A stretch of 64,000 bases of DNA from an uncultured Acidobacteriota bacterium (GCA_963777605.1 CAVZRV010000030.1:32001-96000), one strand, 5' to 3'; shown: positions 22,309 through 32,817, numbered from the stretch's first letter. Notes: generated by a model not told the origin, from the letters alone. A program made the numbers and translations.

Positions 22309-23622
22309 CTATCGGGAATTGTTGGCCCGACGGAGATCGAGCCGGTATCCGACCAACCCGTAGTAGGCGATCACGACGAAACACCCCAGCGGTACCCAGT
22401 AAGACATGTTGATGCTGGAAGTGGCGTCGGAAACCTGCCCCTGGATCGCGGTCAGGACGGCTCCGCCCAGGATGGCCATAATCAGCCCGGACCCGCCAAT
22501 CTTCGTGTCGTCACCGAGGCCGCGCACTGACAGGCCGTAGATGGTCGGGAACATCAGTGACATGCAGCCGGAGATGCAGACCAGCGCGACACATCCCACG
22601 AAGCCTCCCCCGTAAATTACCGTCAGCGTGCAGCCGATTGCCAGAAGCGCGAGGAACGAAAGAAGCGTCCCGGGAGCAAAGAACTTCATCAGCCCGGTGC
22701 AGGCGAAGCGGGAAACCGTGAAGAGGATCAGGGCGGCCAGGTAGTAGCTGGAAGACTGTTCCTCATTCAGGTGGAGTTCCTGCATGACGTAGCGGATCGT
22801 GAACGACCAGACCCCGATTTGGGCCCCGACGTAGAAGAATTGGGCTACCACTCCCCAGACGTAATGACGATTGTGGATCAGCCGGCGGAATGTCTGCCCG
22901 AGATTCAGGTCCGAACCTGAATCGGACGCTTCCGGCATCTTGATCGTCGCGATCAGGACCCACAGCAGGAGGAGGAATAGAGCGACGCCGACATAGGGTC
23001 CCATGACCGCCGAAAGTTCACCGGACTGGATCGTCTTCAGTTGTTCGGGGCTCATGGCCGCCCGATCGGCCGCTGAAGCTTGATTGAGGTGGGACAGAAT
23101 GAACCACTTGCTCAGGAACACTCCCAGGATCGACCCGATCGGGTTGAACGACTGGGCGAGGTTCAGCCTCCGCGTGCCGGTTTCCTCCGGCCCCATGGCG
23201 ATGATGTACGGGTTGGCCGAGGTCTCCAGGATCGAGAGCCCGCCGGCCAGGATGTACAGGGCAGCCAGGAAATGCCAGTAGACCATCGTTTTGCTGGCCG
23301 GGTAGAAGAGCAGTGCCCCCGCCACGAAGAGCCCGAGTCCCAGTAGAACGCCCGCTTTGTAGGTGAACCGCTTAATGAAGATGGCCGCTGGCAGAGCCAG
23401 GCAGAAATAGGATCCGTAGAAGGCAATCTGGATCCAGGAAGTCTGGAAGTCGGACATGCTCATGATCCGCTTGAACGCGGCCAGGAGCGTGTCGGTCATG
23501 TTGTTCGCCAGACCCCACCAGGCAAAACAGCTGGTCAGAAAGATGAAGGGCCAGAGGATGCCCGGAGGAACCAGTTTGCTGGACGAGGCGACTTTTGAGT
23601 CAACAGGCGGCTGATGTTCCAT
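22309..23622 (-). CDS. fucP: MFS sugar:H+ symporter, L-fucose permease (FucP) family
   Basis: WGLANN, AFYGSYF, LETSANPY, RLNLAQSFNPIG, QFFYVGAQ, MSLMFPTIY, MAILGGA. Confidence 0.85.
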   Translation of the reverse strand: MEHQPPVDSKVASSSKLVPPGILWPFIFLTSCFAWWGLANNMTDTLLAAFKRIMSMSDFQTSWIQIAFYGSYFCLALPAAIFIKRFTYKAGVLLGLGLFVAGALLFYPASKTMVYWHFLAALYILAGGLSILETSANPYIIAMGPEETGTRRLNLAQSFNPIGSILGVFLSKWFILSHLNQASAADRAAMSPEQLKTIQSGELSAVMGPYVGVALFLLLLWVLIATIKMPEASDSGSDLNLGQTFRRLIHNRHYVWGVVAQFFYVGAQIGVWSFTIRYVMQELHLNEEQSSSYYLAALILFTVSRFACTGLMKFFAPGTLLSFLALLAIGCTLTVIYGGGFVGCVALVCISGCMSLMFPTIYGLSVRGLGDDTKIGGSGLIMAILGGAVLTAIQGQVSDATSSINMSYWVPLGCFVVIAYYGLVGYRLDLRRANNSR

Positions 23623-23752
23623 GGATATCGGTCCGGGAGGAGTTGAATCGATTCGTGCCGTGGAAAATGTTCACAGAATGGAACATGCTAGCACGAGGGG
23701 ATGATCAGTTGTCCAGCAGCAATTTAGTGAGTTACGGATTGCGCGGTTGCAG

Positions 23753-23911
23753 CGAGAGACAAGCGGTTCCCGCTTGTCTCTCGGGTGAGCCCCGGAATCC
23801 AGGGGCTCTCTCCGCCGCTAGCCCGGGAGCGGCATATTGAACTAGAAACCATGGGCGCACAGCGGCTTTAATCGGAAGGCGGGCGGGGCGCCCCTCCCAC
23901 GCCCGTCTTCC
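23753..23911. repeat. Cluster of four intergenic hairpins (REP-like / possible ilvN 3' structure)
   Basis: CGAGAGACAAGCGG-ttc-CCGCTTGTCTCTCG (14 bp perfect); GAGCCCC..GGGGCTC; GCCGCT..AGCGGC; GGAAGGCGGGCG..CGCCCGTCTTCC. Confidence 0.65.
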
Positions 23912-23930
23912 GTTGTCGTCGAAGCGGCTC

Positions 23931-24470
23931 CTACAGAACGCTCCGGCTGGGCTTGGCAGCCGTTCCCCGGTAGGACGCCAGTGGCGCTACCGAGTGCTGG
24001 CCCCGGCCCATGGCGACGATTCCCGTCCGGACCATTTCGATGATCCCGATCGTGCGCAGGAGCTCACTGAAGCTTTCGATCTTGTCTTCTTCCCCAGTGA
24101 TCTCCACGATCACCGAGGTCTTGGCGACATCGACCACCCGGGCCCGGAAGATGCTGCACAGCTGCATGACCTCGGGACGGGTCTGGCTGTCAACCTTGAC
24201 CTTGATCAAGGCCAGATCCCGGGTGACCGAAGGCTTGTCGTGAAGGGGCTCCACGTGAACCACATTGGGCAACTTGTAGAGGCATTTCTCCACCTTGCGC
24301 GATTCGGCTTCAGTTCCTTCGATCAGGATGGTCATCCGCGAGAGTTCCGGATTGTCGGTCCGGCCGACCGTCAAACTGTCTATGTTGAAGTTTCGGCGCC
24401 GGAACAGGCTCACCACCCGATTCAGGACGCCGGGCTTGTTTTCGACCAGGGCACTCATGGAATATTTCAT
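23931..24470 (-). CDS. ilvN: Acetolactate synthase small (regulatory) subunit
   Basis: LVENKPGVLNRV..FRRRNFNIDSLTVG, RDLALIKV, IIEMVRTG. Confidence 0.95.
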   Translation of the reverse strand: MKYSMSALVENKPGVLNRVVSLFRRRNFNIDSLTVGRTDNPELSRMTILIEGTEAESRKVEKCLYKLPNVVHVEPLHDKPSVTRDLALIKVKVDSQTRPEVMQLCSIFRARVVDVAKTSVIVEITGEEDKIESFSELLRTIGIIEMVRTGIVAMGRGQHSVAPLASYRGTAAKPSRSVL

Positions 24471-24475
24471 GGCGC

Positions 24476-26185
24476 TTACTCCTTCTTGGCGGCAACTGCA
24501 AAGGGCCGGCGAATCATGTTGTGAAGTGCGGCACCCGCCGGAACCATGGGATAGACGATGTCGTGCTTCTCCACCACGTACTCGACGAGAACGGGCGTGT
24601 CCCGGTGGCTGCGGGCGAACTGGACCGATTCCTCAATCTGATCGCGCCGGGTCACCTTCAGGTTGGGAATACCGTAAGCGTCGGCAAGCTTGCAAAAATC
24701 GGGGCTACCCATCGGAGTCGCATGGTAGCGTTCTTCGTAGAAGAACTCCTGCCACTGTCGAACCATGCCGAGGTAGTTGTTGTTGATAATTGCGATGTTG
24801 ACGCCGACCTTCTGCTCAACGGCGGTGGCGAGCTCAGTCATGGTCATCTGGAAACCGCCGTCGCCGACGATGGCCCAGACTTCTTCTTTCGGGAGTCCCA
24901 TCTTGGCGCCAATGGCCGCCGGTAAACCGAATCCCATGGTGCCCAGCCCGCCGCTCGTGATCAGCGTTCGAGGCCGCTCGTGAAGGTAGTACTGGGCTTC
25001 CCACATCTGGTGCTGGCCGACGTCGGTGACCGTAATGCTATCTCCGGAGGTGTATTTCCAGAGATCCCGGATTACGTGGGCGGCATACAGTTTGCCGTCT
25101 TCCGGGGCATTGTAGATATCCCGGGTTTGCCGGTCGTCCTGCCACTTCTTGATGGTCTCGATCCAGGCGCTGCTGTCGGTGGCTTCCGCGATCGGGATGA
25201 GCTGTTCGAGAACCTGTTTGAGGTCGCCCACGATACCAAGATCGACGCAGACGTTTTTGTGGATTTCGGAAGCATCAATGTCGACGTGGATCTTCTTCGA
25301 CTTGGGAGCGTAGGTCTTGAGATCGCCGGTGACACGGTCGTCGAAACGCATTCCCAGGGCCAGCACAAGGTCTGCCTCCTGGATGGCAATGTTGACGTGA
25401 GCTTCGCCGTGCATTCCCATCATCCCCAGGCAAAGGGGGTGGGATTCCGGCATGGTACCCTTGCCCAGCAGGGTCAGGGCCACCGGGATGCGGGCTTTTT
25501 CGACGAATCTCAGCAGTTCGCTCTCCGCGCCGGAGAGACTGATCCCGTGTCCGGCGAGAATCAACGGCCGCCGGCTTTCGGAAAGCAGCTTGAGGGCTTG
25601 TTCGATCTCATCTCCGCTCGCGGCTCCGATCGGACGCTCGTTCGGGAGGTAGATCGGTTCGTTGGAGTACTCGAACTCGGTCGCCTTGATCTGGACATCC
25701 TTGGGGATGTCGATCAGCACCGGTCCGGGCCGCCCGCTCCTGGCAATGTGAAATGCCTCGCGAACGGTGGCAGCCAGATCTTCGACGTCGGTCACCAGAT
25801 AGTTGTGTTTGGTGATAGGAAGCGTGATACCGGTGATATCGATTTCCTGGAATGCATCGGACCCGATGACCGACGTAGCCACCTGGCCGGTGATAAACAC
25901 CGTCGGCGACGAATCGAGCATAGCCGTTGCGATTCCGGTCACGAGATTCGTGGCTCCCGGGCCGCTGGTCGCCAGGGCGACTCCGACTTTTCCGGTTGCC
26001 CGGGCGTAGCCGTCGGCCATGTGAGACGCGCCCTGTTCGTGGCGAACCAGGACATGATGAATCTGGGGATACTTGGTCATAGCGTCGTAGGCGGGCAGGA
26101 TGGCCCCGCCCGGGTACCCGAACACCAGGTCAACGCCTTCGCGCAGCAAACTCTCCCAGAGTATTTCTGCTCCTGTAAGTTTCAT
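24476..26185 (-). CDS. ilvB: Acetolactate synthase large subunit, biosynthetic type
   Basis: FGYPGGAILP, RHEQGA, TSGPGATN, RFDDRVTG, SGGLGTMGFG, GDGGFQM, LGMVRQWQ. Confidence 0.97.
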   Translation of the reverse strand: MKLTGAEILWESLLREGVDLVFGYPGGAILPAYDAMTKYPQIHHVLVRHEQGASHMADGYARATGKVGVALATSGPGATNLVTGIATAMLDSSPTVFITGQVATSVIGSDAFQEIDITGITLPITKHNYLVTDVEDLAATVREAFHIARSGRPGPVLIDIPKDVQIKATEFEYSNEPIYLPNERPIGAASGDEIEQALKLLSESRRPLILAGHGISLSGAESELLRFVEKARIPVALTLLGKGTMPESHPLCLGMMGMHGEAHVNIAIQEADLVLALGMRFDDRVTGDLKTYAPKSKKIHVDIDASEIHKNVCVDLGIVGDLKQVLEQLIPIAEATDSSAWIETIKKWQDDRQTRDIYNAPEDGKLYAAHVIRDLWKYTSGDSITVTDVGQHQMWEAQYYLHERPRTLITSGGLGTMGFGLPAAIGAKMGLPKEEVWAIVGDGGFQMTMTELATAVEQKVGVNIAIINNNYLGMVRQWQEFFYEERYHATPMGSPDFCKLADAYGIPNLKVTRRDQIEESVQFARSHRDTPVLVEYVVEKHDIVYPMVPAGAALHNMIRRPFAVAAKKE

Positions 26186-26236
26186 GATGATCTTCTCTCC
26201 TAAGTTAGCCGCCGCGAAGCCGGCCGCTCCTTGATC

Positions 26237-27901
26237 TCAGTCCAGGAAAACTGCTCCGGTACTGGCACTGCTGACCAGCCGGGAATAGCGTCGCAGCCAT
26301 CGACTCTCGATCTTTGCCTCAAACGGGGGCAATTCCGAGAGCCGGCCGGTAATCTCTTCGTCACTCAGTTCAACGTCGAGACTGCGCTGGTCGAGGTCGA
26401 TCCGGATAATATCTCCGTCGCGGAGGGCTGCAATCGGCCCTCGCGCGGCTGCTTCCGGACTGACATGTCCGATCGACATCCCGCGGCTTCCTCCCGAGAA
26501 CCGACCATCGGTCACGAGTGCGACGGTCTCGCCCATACCCATTCCCTGGAGCTGGGCGGTCGGTCCAAGCATTTCCTGCATCCCCGGGCCGCCTTTAGGG
26601 CCCTCGTAACGAATCACAACCACTTCACCGGGCTTTACTTCACCGCCCAGGATGCCCTGGGCAGCGTCTTCCTCACTCTCGTACACTCGGGCGGGACCGC
26701 GATGTTGCCGAGCTCCGGCCACGCCGCCCGCCTTGATCACGGCACCCTCCGGTGCCAGGTTTCCGGTCAGCACCGCCAGGCCACCCGTCTTGGAGTAGGC
26801 ATTCTCGCAACTCCTGATGACTTCAGAGTCGCGAATTTCCGCGGATGCGATGTTCTCGCCAAGGGTTTTGCCGGTCACGGTCGGTCGGTCGAGATGCAGG
26901 ACGTTGTCCCGGCGACTGATTTCCTTAAGGATAGCAGGAATCCCACCGGCCCGGTGAACATCTTCCATGTGCCACTTGCTGGCCGGGCTCACCTTGCAGA
27001 TCTGGGGGACGCGCGCGGCCACTTCGTTGATTCGGGCAAAGGGATAGTCCACCTCGGCTTCGTAAGCGGCCGCCAGAGTATGAAGCACCGTGTTCGTACT
27101 TCCGCCCATCGCCATGTCGAGGACGAAGGCATCGTCAATCGCGTCCCTCGTCACAATCTTTCGAGGTGTCAGGTCAAGTTCGATAAGAGTCATCAAGGAC
27201 GTCGCCGCCGTCCGGGCCAGTTGCCGCCGCTCCTCGGTTTCGGCAAGGGCCGACCCGTTGTAGGGCAGGGCAAGGCCGATCGCCTCGAGCAGGCAGTTCA
27301 TGCTGTTCGCCGTGAACATTCCGGAACAGGATCCGCACGATGGGCAGCCGTGGTCCTCGAGGAGTTTGAGTTCGTCTTCGTCGATCTTACCCGCCCTGTA
27401 TGCGCCGACTCCTTCGAAAACGCTAACGAGATCGACAGCCCGCCCATCGGGCATCTTGCCTGCCGCCATCGGTCCTCCACTGACGAAGATCGTGGGAATG
27501 TCGACCCGAAGGGCGCCCATAAGCATTCCGGGGACAATCTTGTCGCAATTCGGGATACAGATCATGGCATCGAACGCGTGAGCGTTGACAACCGTTTCGA
27601 CCGAGTCGGCGATGAGTTCCCGGCTTGGCAGGGAGTAGTTCATTCCGACGTGACCCATTGCGATGCCATCGTCGACGCCGATCGTGTTGAACTCGAAGGG
27701 AACCCCGCCGGCCTGGCGGACCGCCTCCTTGATCAGCGCGCCGAAACGCTGCAGGTGAACATGGCCCGGAATGATGTCGATGTAGCTGTTGCAGACGGCG
27801 ACAAAGGGCTTGCCCATGTCCGCGTCTGTTACTCCGGTCGCCTTCAGAAGTGATCGGTGGGGCGATCGCTCGAAGCCTTTCTTGATCCGGTCTGATCTCA
27901 T
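26237..27901 (-). CDS. ilvD: Dihydroxy-acid dehydratase
   Basis: [57 protein letters not shown]. Confidence 0.97.
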   Translation of the reverse strand: MRSDRIKKGFERSPHRSLLKATGVTDADMGKPFVAVCNSYIDIIPGHVHLQRFGALIKEAVRQAGGVPFEFNTIGVDDGIAMGHVGMNYSLPSRELIADSVETVVNAHAFDAMICIPNCDKIVPGMLMGALRVDIPTIFVSGGPMAAGKMPDGRAVDLVSVFEGVGAYRAGKIDEDELKLLEDHGCPSCGSCSGMFTANSMNCLLEAIGLALPYNGSALAETEERRQLARTAATSLMTLIELDLTPRKIVTRDAIDDAFVLDMAMGGSTNTVLHTLAAAYEAEVDYPFARINEVAARVPQICKVSPASKWHMEDVHRAGGIPAILKEISRRDNVLHLDRPTVTGKTLGENIASAEIRDSEVIRSCENAYSKTGGLAVLTGNLAPEGAVIKAGGVAGARQHRGPARVYESEEDAAQGILGGEVKPGEVVVIRYEGPKGGPGMQEMLGPTAQLQGMGMGETVALVTDGRFSGGSRGMSIGHVSPEAAARGPIAALRDGDIIRIDLDQRSLDVELSDEEITGRLSELPPFEAKIESRWLRRYSRLVSSASTGAVFLD

Positions 27902-28015
27902 GCGGTTTGCTCTTTCCCTTTCTGGTTCCTGCGGCAGAGGGCGGACTTGACCTTGGAATTCTCCTCGTGATTTCCCGCCTTTCTGCCTTACTTCACAACA
28001 TTCGAATTCAACCCC

Positions 28016-28043
28016 AAAAAAAAAGCCCCCGATTTTCGGGGGC
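28016..28043 (-). terminator. Intrinsic terminator (attenuator) upstream of ilvD
   Basis: Minus strand GCCCCCGA-AAA-TCGGGGGC followed by T9. Confidence 0.9.
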
Positions 28044-28071
28044 CTGTCTGGCTCTTTCTGGTCTGCGGCTC

Positions 28072-28176
28072 TTAGCGTATCGTCGACGAATGAGCCCCCC
28101 TCATCCGCCAGCCGCTGTTGACGGTAATAAGTACTAGTACCAGTACGAGGGAGAGCAGATTGAGGGTGTTGATCAT
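28072..28176 (-). CDS. ilv operon leader peptide (34 aa, [22 protein letters not shown]...)
   Basis: Dense Leu/Val/Ile run with codons that are unusual in a high-GC genome (GTA CTG GTA CTA GTA CTT ATT); ends 28 nt before the terminator. Confidence 0.8.
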   Translation of the reverse strand: MINTLNLLSLVLVLVLITVNSGWRMRGAHSSTIR

Positions 28177-28212
28177 TCCGTTTACCACGATTTCAGCCTT
28201 CGTCGATCCGGT

Positions 28213-28242
28213 AAGGTATCCGACCAGGGACCCCTTTGTCAA
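28213..28242 (-). promoter_or_regulatory. Sigma70-type promoter of the ilv leader
   Basis: TTGACA (28242-28237), 18-nt spacer, TACCTT (28218-28213). Confidence 0.55.
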
Positions 28243-28326
28243 TCCCGTCCCGCCCGATCTGAGGGTTGATTTCAATTAACTTCGATATGATTTATACTTC
28301 CTGGTTTTTGTATCCGGAGAATTCGC

Positions 28327-29757
28327 ATGGCGGCAGAGTCACAGAATCAGTCGATATTGGTGATGAAGTTCGGGGGAACTTCGGTCGGAAGCGAGGAAGC
28401 GATCGAGCAGGTGGCTTCCATAGTGAAGGAGAGCAATCGAACCTGGAAGGGTGTTGTGGTCGTCCTTTCGGCGCTGTCCGGGGTCACCAACCTGCTCCTG
28501 GAAAGCGCGGCAAAGGCCGCGGCGGGCAGTCGGACCGTAGGACCCGAAGCCGCAATAGCGTTGGAGGCGCGACATCTCGCCGTGGCCCGGCGCCTTCTCC
28601 AGGATGAAACCAGACTGGGCTCGTTCACCGAGGAATTACATCTGCTGACGGAGGAATTCCGGAACCTCTGCGGGGCCATCGCGGTTCTCGGAGAGGCGAC
28701 TCCGCGCGCCCTCGACGCCGTCGCCTCGATCGGAGAGAAACTCTCCGTGCGACTGGTTTCGGCGGTTCTTTCGGAGCGGGGTGTCCCGGCACGCTTCGTC
28801 GATGCGATCGACTTCGTGATCACCGACTCCAACTTTCAGTCGGCCCATCCTGACCTTTCGGCGACCCGTGAAAAGGCGCATCAGCTCCTGTTCCCTCTTC
28901 TCGACGAGGGAATCGTACCGGTCGTGACCGGCTTTCTCGGCAGCACCCCGGATGGAATCACAACGACCCTGGGCCGAGGAGGTAGTGACTACTCGGCGGC
29001 TCTCGTGGGAGCGGTTCTGAGTGCTCAGGACGTCTGGATCTGGACGGACGTTGACGGAGTCATGACCGCCGACCCACGGGTCGTTCCTGCCGCACAGACG
29101 ATTCCCTCGCTCTCATACCGTGAGCTGGCCGAGTTGGCTTACTTCGGGGCGAAGGTCCTCCATCCGATGACGATTCGCCCGGTGGTGGAAGCCGGGATCG
29201 GATTGTCCATTCGTAACACGTTCCAGCCGCACCATCCCGGAACCAGGCTGGTCGCGCGCAACGAGCACACCACACAAGTGATCAAGGCCGTCACCTCGAT
29301 CAAGGGCGAGTGCCTGATTACGATCGAAGGGAGAGGAATGTTGGGGGTTCCCGGCGTCGCGGCAAGGGCGTTTGCTGCCGTCGCAGCCACCGGCACCAAT
29401 GTCACTTTGATCAGCCAGGCCTCCTCGGAACAGAGCATCTGTTTCGCCGTTCCGACTGTACGAAGTCTGATCGTGGTCAACGCCCTCGAGAAGGCCTTTG
29501 CTTCGGAACTGAACGCCAGGGACATCGACCGGATTTGGGCGTCGTCCGAGATGGTCATCGTGACGGTGGTCGGGTCGGGAATGCGGCACACACCGGGAGT
29601 CGCCGGCAGGGTTTTCAGTGTGCTTGGGGATCGGGGCGTAAACGTCATCGCTATCGCCCAGGGATCGTCCGAAGTAGCGATCAGCCTGGTGCTGGAAGCC
29701 AAGGATCTGGAATCGGCAGTAGTCGGTCTGCACAGCCTGATCGGAAAAAAAGATTAA
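28327..29757 (+). CDS. lysC: Aspartate kinase with two ACT domains
   Basis: VMKFGGTSV, VLSALSGVTN, TTLGRGGSDYSA, WTDVDG..ADP, FGAKVLHP, SQASSEQSI, AQGSSE. Confidence 0.9.
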   Translation: MAAESQNQSILVMKFGGTSVGSEEAIEQVASIVKESNRTWKGVVVVLSALSGVTNLLLESAAKAAAGSRTVGPEAAIALEARHLAVARRLLQDETRLGSFTEELHLLTEEFRNLCGAIAVLGEATPRALDAVASIGEKLSVRLVSAVLSERGVPARFVDAIDFVITDSNFQSAHPDLSATREKAHQLLFPLLDEGIVPVVTGFLGSTPDGITTTLGRGGSDYSAALVGAVLSAQDVWIWTDVDGVMTADPRVVPAAQTIPSLSYRELAELAYFGAKVLHPMTIRPVVEAGIGLSIRNTFQPHHPGTRLVARNEHTTQVIKAVTSIKGECLITIEGRGMLGVPGVAARAFAAVAATGTNVTLISQASSEQSICFAVPTVRSLIVVNALEKAFASELNARDIDRIWASSEMVIVTVVGSGMRHTPGVAGRVFSVLGDRGVNVIAIAQGSSEVAISLVLEAKDLESAVVGLHSLIGKKD

Positions 29758-29773
29758 GAAGGATCGGTATCAA

Positions 29774-30832
29774 ATGGAAAGAAGAACCAGAGTCGCCGTT
29801 TTGGGTGCCACCGGAAGCGTTGGACAGCGATTTGTCCAGATGCTCGAAGGGCATCCCTGGTTTGAATTGGTCTCACTGACGGGGTCGGCCCGGCGAGTGG
29901 GCAAGACTTATGAAGAAACCTGCCACTGGGTTATTACCGATCCGATGCCCAAGGCGTTCAGGAATCTTCGAATCGTCCCGACGGAACCGGACAGGGTGGA
30001 TGCCGATTTGGTGTTCTCGGCTCTCCCGTCCGGGGTTGCCCGCGAACTGGAGCCCCTTTTCGCACAGGCGGGGAAGGGAGTCTGCACGAACGCCGGTGCC
30101 TACCGGCGGGAGTCCGATGTCCCGGTGCTCCTGCCGGAAGTCAATCCCCACCACACCGAGTTGATCCACCGGCAAAAAAGGGAGCGCGGATGGAAAGGGT
30201 TCATCGTCACCAACCCCAACTGCACTTCGACTGGAATGACGATCGCCCTGAAAGCCCTCTACGATGCTTTTGGCCTGGAAAAGGTAATGGCCTTTTCGAT
30301 GCAGGCGATATCGGGCGCCGGCTATCCCGGTGTGGCCTCGCTCGACATCGTGGATAACGTGATTCCGTACATTTCGGGGGAAGAAGAGAAGGTTGAGTGG
30401 GAACCGCGCAAGATGCTGGGAAGTCTCAACGGAGACGCAATTGAACTGGCGGATTTCACGATTTCCGCACACGCTAACCGGGTTGCCGTCTCCGACGGTC
30501 ACCTTGTCTGCCTGACCGTCAAACTGTCCAACCCGGCGTCGGCCGAAGAAGCGAAGACTGCCCTGGCGGAGTACGCGCTCCCTGAAGCCTGCCGGGAATT
30601 GCCCTCCCGCCCCGAGCCGGTGATCCTGGTTCGCGACGAGGCTTCGCGGCCTCAGCCGAGGCTGGATCGGATGACCGGGGGTGGTATGACCACCGTCGTG
30701 GGACGAGTCCGTCCCGACACTCTGTTCGATTTGCGGCTGGCCGTCATGTCCCACAACACCATCCGGGGCGCCGCAGGAGGCTCGTTACTCAACGCGGAAC
30801 TCCTGGTTTCCCAGGGACATCTCAACAGGTAA
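29774..30832 (+). CDS. asd: Aspartate-semialdehyde dehydrogenase (archaeal/fungal-like subtype)
   Basis: VLGATGSVGQRF, NPNCTS, MQAISGAGYPG, NVIPYISGEEEK, RPQPRLDR, HNTIRGAAGG. Confidence 0.95.
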   Translation: MERRTRVAVLGATGSVGQRFVQMLEGHPWFELVSLTGSARRVGKTYEETCHWVITDPMPKAFRNLRIVPTEPDRVDADLVFSALPSGVARELEPLFAQAGKGVCTNAGAYRRESDVPVLLPEVNPHHTELIHRQKRERGWKGFIVTNPNCTSTGMTIALKALYDAFGLEKVMAFSMQAISGAGYPGVASLDIVDNVIPYISGEEEKVEWEPRKMLGSLNGDAIELADFTISAHANRVAVSDGHLVCLTVKLSNPASAEEAKTALAEYALPEACRELPSRPEPVILVRDEASRPQPRLDRMTGGGMTTVVGRVRPDTLFDLRLAVMSHNTIRGAAGGSLLNAELLVSQGHLNR

Positions 30833-30861
30833 TTGAAGGGGCGAAACTCGAAACCGGCGAA

Positions 30862-31884
30862 CTACCGGATGATCGGCAGTTCCACCGTCTTGTCGAGTTT
30901 GAAGCTCATGCGCTGCTCGGTCGGGAACTCGACCTCGTCTCCAGGGGTTGCCAGGGTCACACCGGTTCCGGCACCCGCTCCAACGGCGGCACCGATAGCA
31001 GCTCCTTTGCCGCCCCCGGCGATTGCACCGACCACCGCCCCGATTCCCGAAGCGATCCCAATGCGTTTGGCATCACGTGAGCCCGTTCCCTGGGCTTCGA
31101 AACTCAAGGTGTTGGTGTCGATCCTGTAGGATTCGCCTCCCACCTCAAGGGCGGTGAGGGTCAGGGACATTTGGGCTTTACCCTTGACTTTTCCCGACTT
31201 GACGAGCTGAGTGATCTTCCCTGTGACAGTAGCGCCAGCCGGCGCCAGGACGTGGCCGCCCTCTTTGAGGTCGTCCTCGAGGATTCCCTCAAAGCTCTGA
31301 CCAGACTGATTCGATCGAGAACTCAGACTTTGGGAGAGTCGAATGACGACTTCCGTTCCCGCCCCCAGCGTGGCGGTGGTCGGCGGCGGCGGCGGAGGTG
31401 GTGGCTCGGAAGGAGTCGCTGCACGAGCCGTTTCCTGGGCCCGGGATGCACTCCCGGCCGTCTTAGGCGCGGTAGAGGGCCGCTTTCCCGCGGTTTCACG
31501 CGAGGGAGGAGCGGCCAGGTTGAGCCCTGAATCCGTGCCTCCGACTGCCGGCGTCTCGCCTTGAGCGGAACTCGAATCCGCCTGCTCGACTGGAGTTCCC
31601 TGGGCAGCCAGGTAGGCCTTCTGAGCCTCGATCATGGTGGCGATCGTCATGCCTACGGGAAGCTGTGCGGGGGCGACATCGGGATGGACCCGCTCAACGT
31701 AGCCTTTCATCAACTCGTAGTCCTGGTAGGACAGTTCCTGCTTGGCCTGATCGGCGAGTTGTGCCGAGTTCTCGGCTGTTACCACTTGCTGTTCGAGGGA
31801 TGTGCTCGTGGAGGAGCAGGCGGAAACCAGTGCCAGAAGCAGTAAAACGGGAAGAAGCGTCAACGGCGGAAGCCACTTTCTCAT
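30862..31884 (-). CDS. Hypothetical lipoprotein with Pro-rich linker and TrbI/VirB10-like beta domain with glycine-zipper tail
   Basis: Lipobox LVSAC; PPPPPPPP linker; GTEVVIRL..SS; GAVVGAIAGGGKGAAIGAAVGAGAG. Confidence 0.6.
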   Translation of the reverse strand: MRKWLPPLTLLPVLLLLALVSACSSTSTSLEQQVVTAENSAQLADQAKQELSYQDYELMKGYVERVHPDVAPAQLPVGMTIATMIEAQKAYLAAQGTPVEQADSSSAQGETPAVGGTDSGLNLAAPPSRETAGKRPSTAPKTAGSASRAQETARAATPSEPPPPPPPPTTATLGAGTEVVIRLSQSLSSRSNQSGQSFEGILEDDLKEGGHVLAPAGATVTGKITQLVKSGKVKGKAQMSLTLTALEVGGESYRIDTNTLSFEAQGTGSRDAKRIGIASGIGAVVGAIAGGGKGAAIGAAVGAGAGTGVTLATPGDEVEFPTEQRMSFKLDKTVELPIIR

Positions 31885-31952
31885 TGGGTTACTCCATGTT
31901 TTCGTGCGTGCAAGTCCGGAAAACGGGGTTGCTGTCAGAGTATCGTGAAAGC

Positions 31953-32645
31953 TCAATTACGTCGACCGCCAAGCAGACCGGCTCGCATCAGGAAGTAGAG
32001 GAGGGTGAGCAGGGTAGAGACGGCGGCCGCAACGTAAGTGAGGGCGGCGGCGTTGAGCACCTTGTCCACCCCAACTCGCTCGCGTTCCATGATGATTCCG
32101 TATTCGACGAGCAGTTTCTTGGCCCGGCTCGAAGCATCGAACTCGACTGGCAGGGTAACGACCTGGAACAAGAGAACAGCCGAAAAGAGCACCGCCCCAA
32201 CGAGTACCATGTTGGTGGCACCCAGCATGAGACCAAAGAGCATCACCAGGTACCCCAGTTTAGACCCGATGCTGGCGGTCGGAACGAGCAGAGACCGGAG
32301 CCAGAGCGCGGCGTACTTGCGGGCGTGCTGAATGGCATGGCCGCTCTCATGGGCGGCAATCCCAACGGCCGCGATGGAGGTCGAATTGTAGACGCCATCC
32401 GAAAGGGCGAGCGTTTTGTTCACCGGATTGTAGTGATCGGACAGGAACCCCTGGGCCTGAACCACCGACACATCGTTGATCCCCGCGCTGCGAAGGATCT
32501 CAGCCGCCGCTTCGGCACCCGTAATGCCTCGGGCCGTGCCCACCTTGGAGTATTTCTTGAAATTGACCTTGACCCTCCAGCTGGCCCAAAGGGAGAGGAT
32601 CAGGGCCGGAGCCAGAAAGACAAAATAGACCGGGTCGAAAATCAT
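31953..32645 (-). CDS. Membrane zinc metallopeptidase (YugP/Zn_peptidase_2 family)
   Basis: LSDHYNP, AAHESGHAIQH, VTLPVEFDASSRA, AAALTYVAA. Confidence 0.9.
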   Translation of the reverse strand: MIFDPVYFVFLAPALILSLWASWRVKVNFKKYSKVGTARGITGAEAAAEILRSAGINDVSVVQAQGFLSDHYNPVNKTLALSDGVYNSTSIAAVGIAAHESGHAIQHARKYAALWLRSLLVPTASIGSKLGYLVMLFGLMLGATNMVLVGAVLFSAVLLFQVVTLPVEFDASSRAKKLLVEYGIIMERERVGVDKVLNAAALTYVAAAVSTLLTLLYFLMRAGLLGGRRN

Positions 32646-32778
32646 CTTAGGTCACCTTTATGGCCAAAGCCGGCCGGAAGGTCATCCCGCCGGCAAGTTC
32701 GATCTTTGTGTGTCTCATCATCCATAGATGCTTTAAGAAGAAGCACGATTCCAAATTTCGTATCCTGTTGTATGTAAG

Positions 32779-32817
32779 ATGAGATTACGTTCGAGGCAAG
32801 GGAAAGACAACAGTTGA
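32779..32817 (+). CDS. Candidate hflX leader peptide MRLRSRQGKDNS
   Basis: ATG AGA TTA CGT TCG AGG ... TGA, stopping 4 nt before the hflX Shine-Dalgarno; begins with the RLR/RSR (+X+) motif. Confidence 0.55.
   Translation: MRLRSRQGKDNS

Noticed and set aside
32815-32817. In-frame TGA between the uORF and hflX read as selenocysteine or readthrough
   Set aside because: No redox motif or SECIS-like hairpin; a strong SD downstream favours independent initiation
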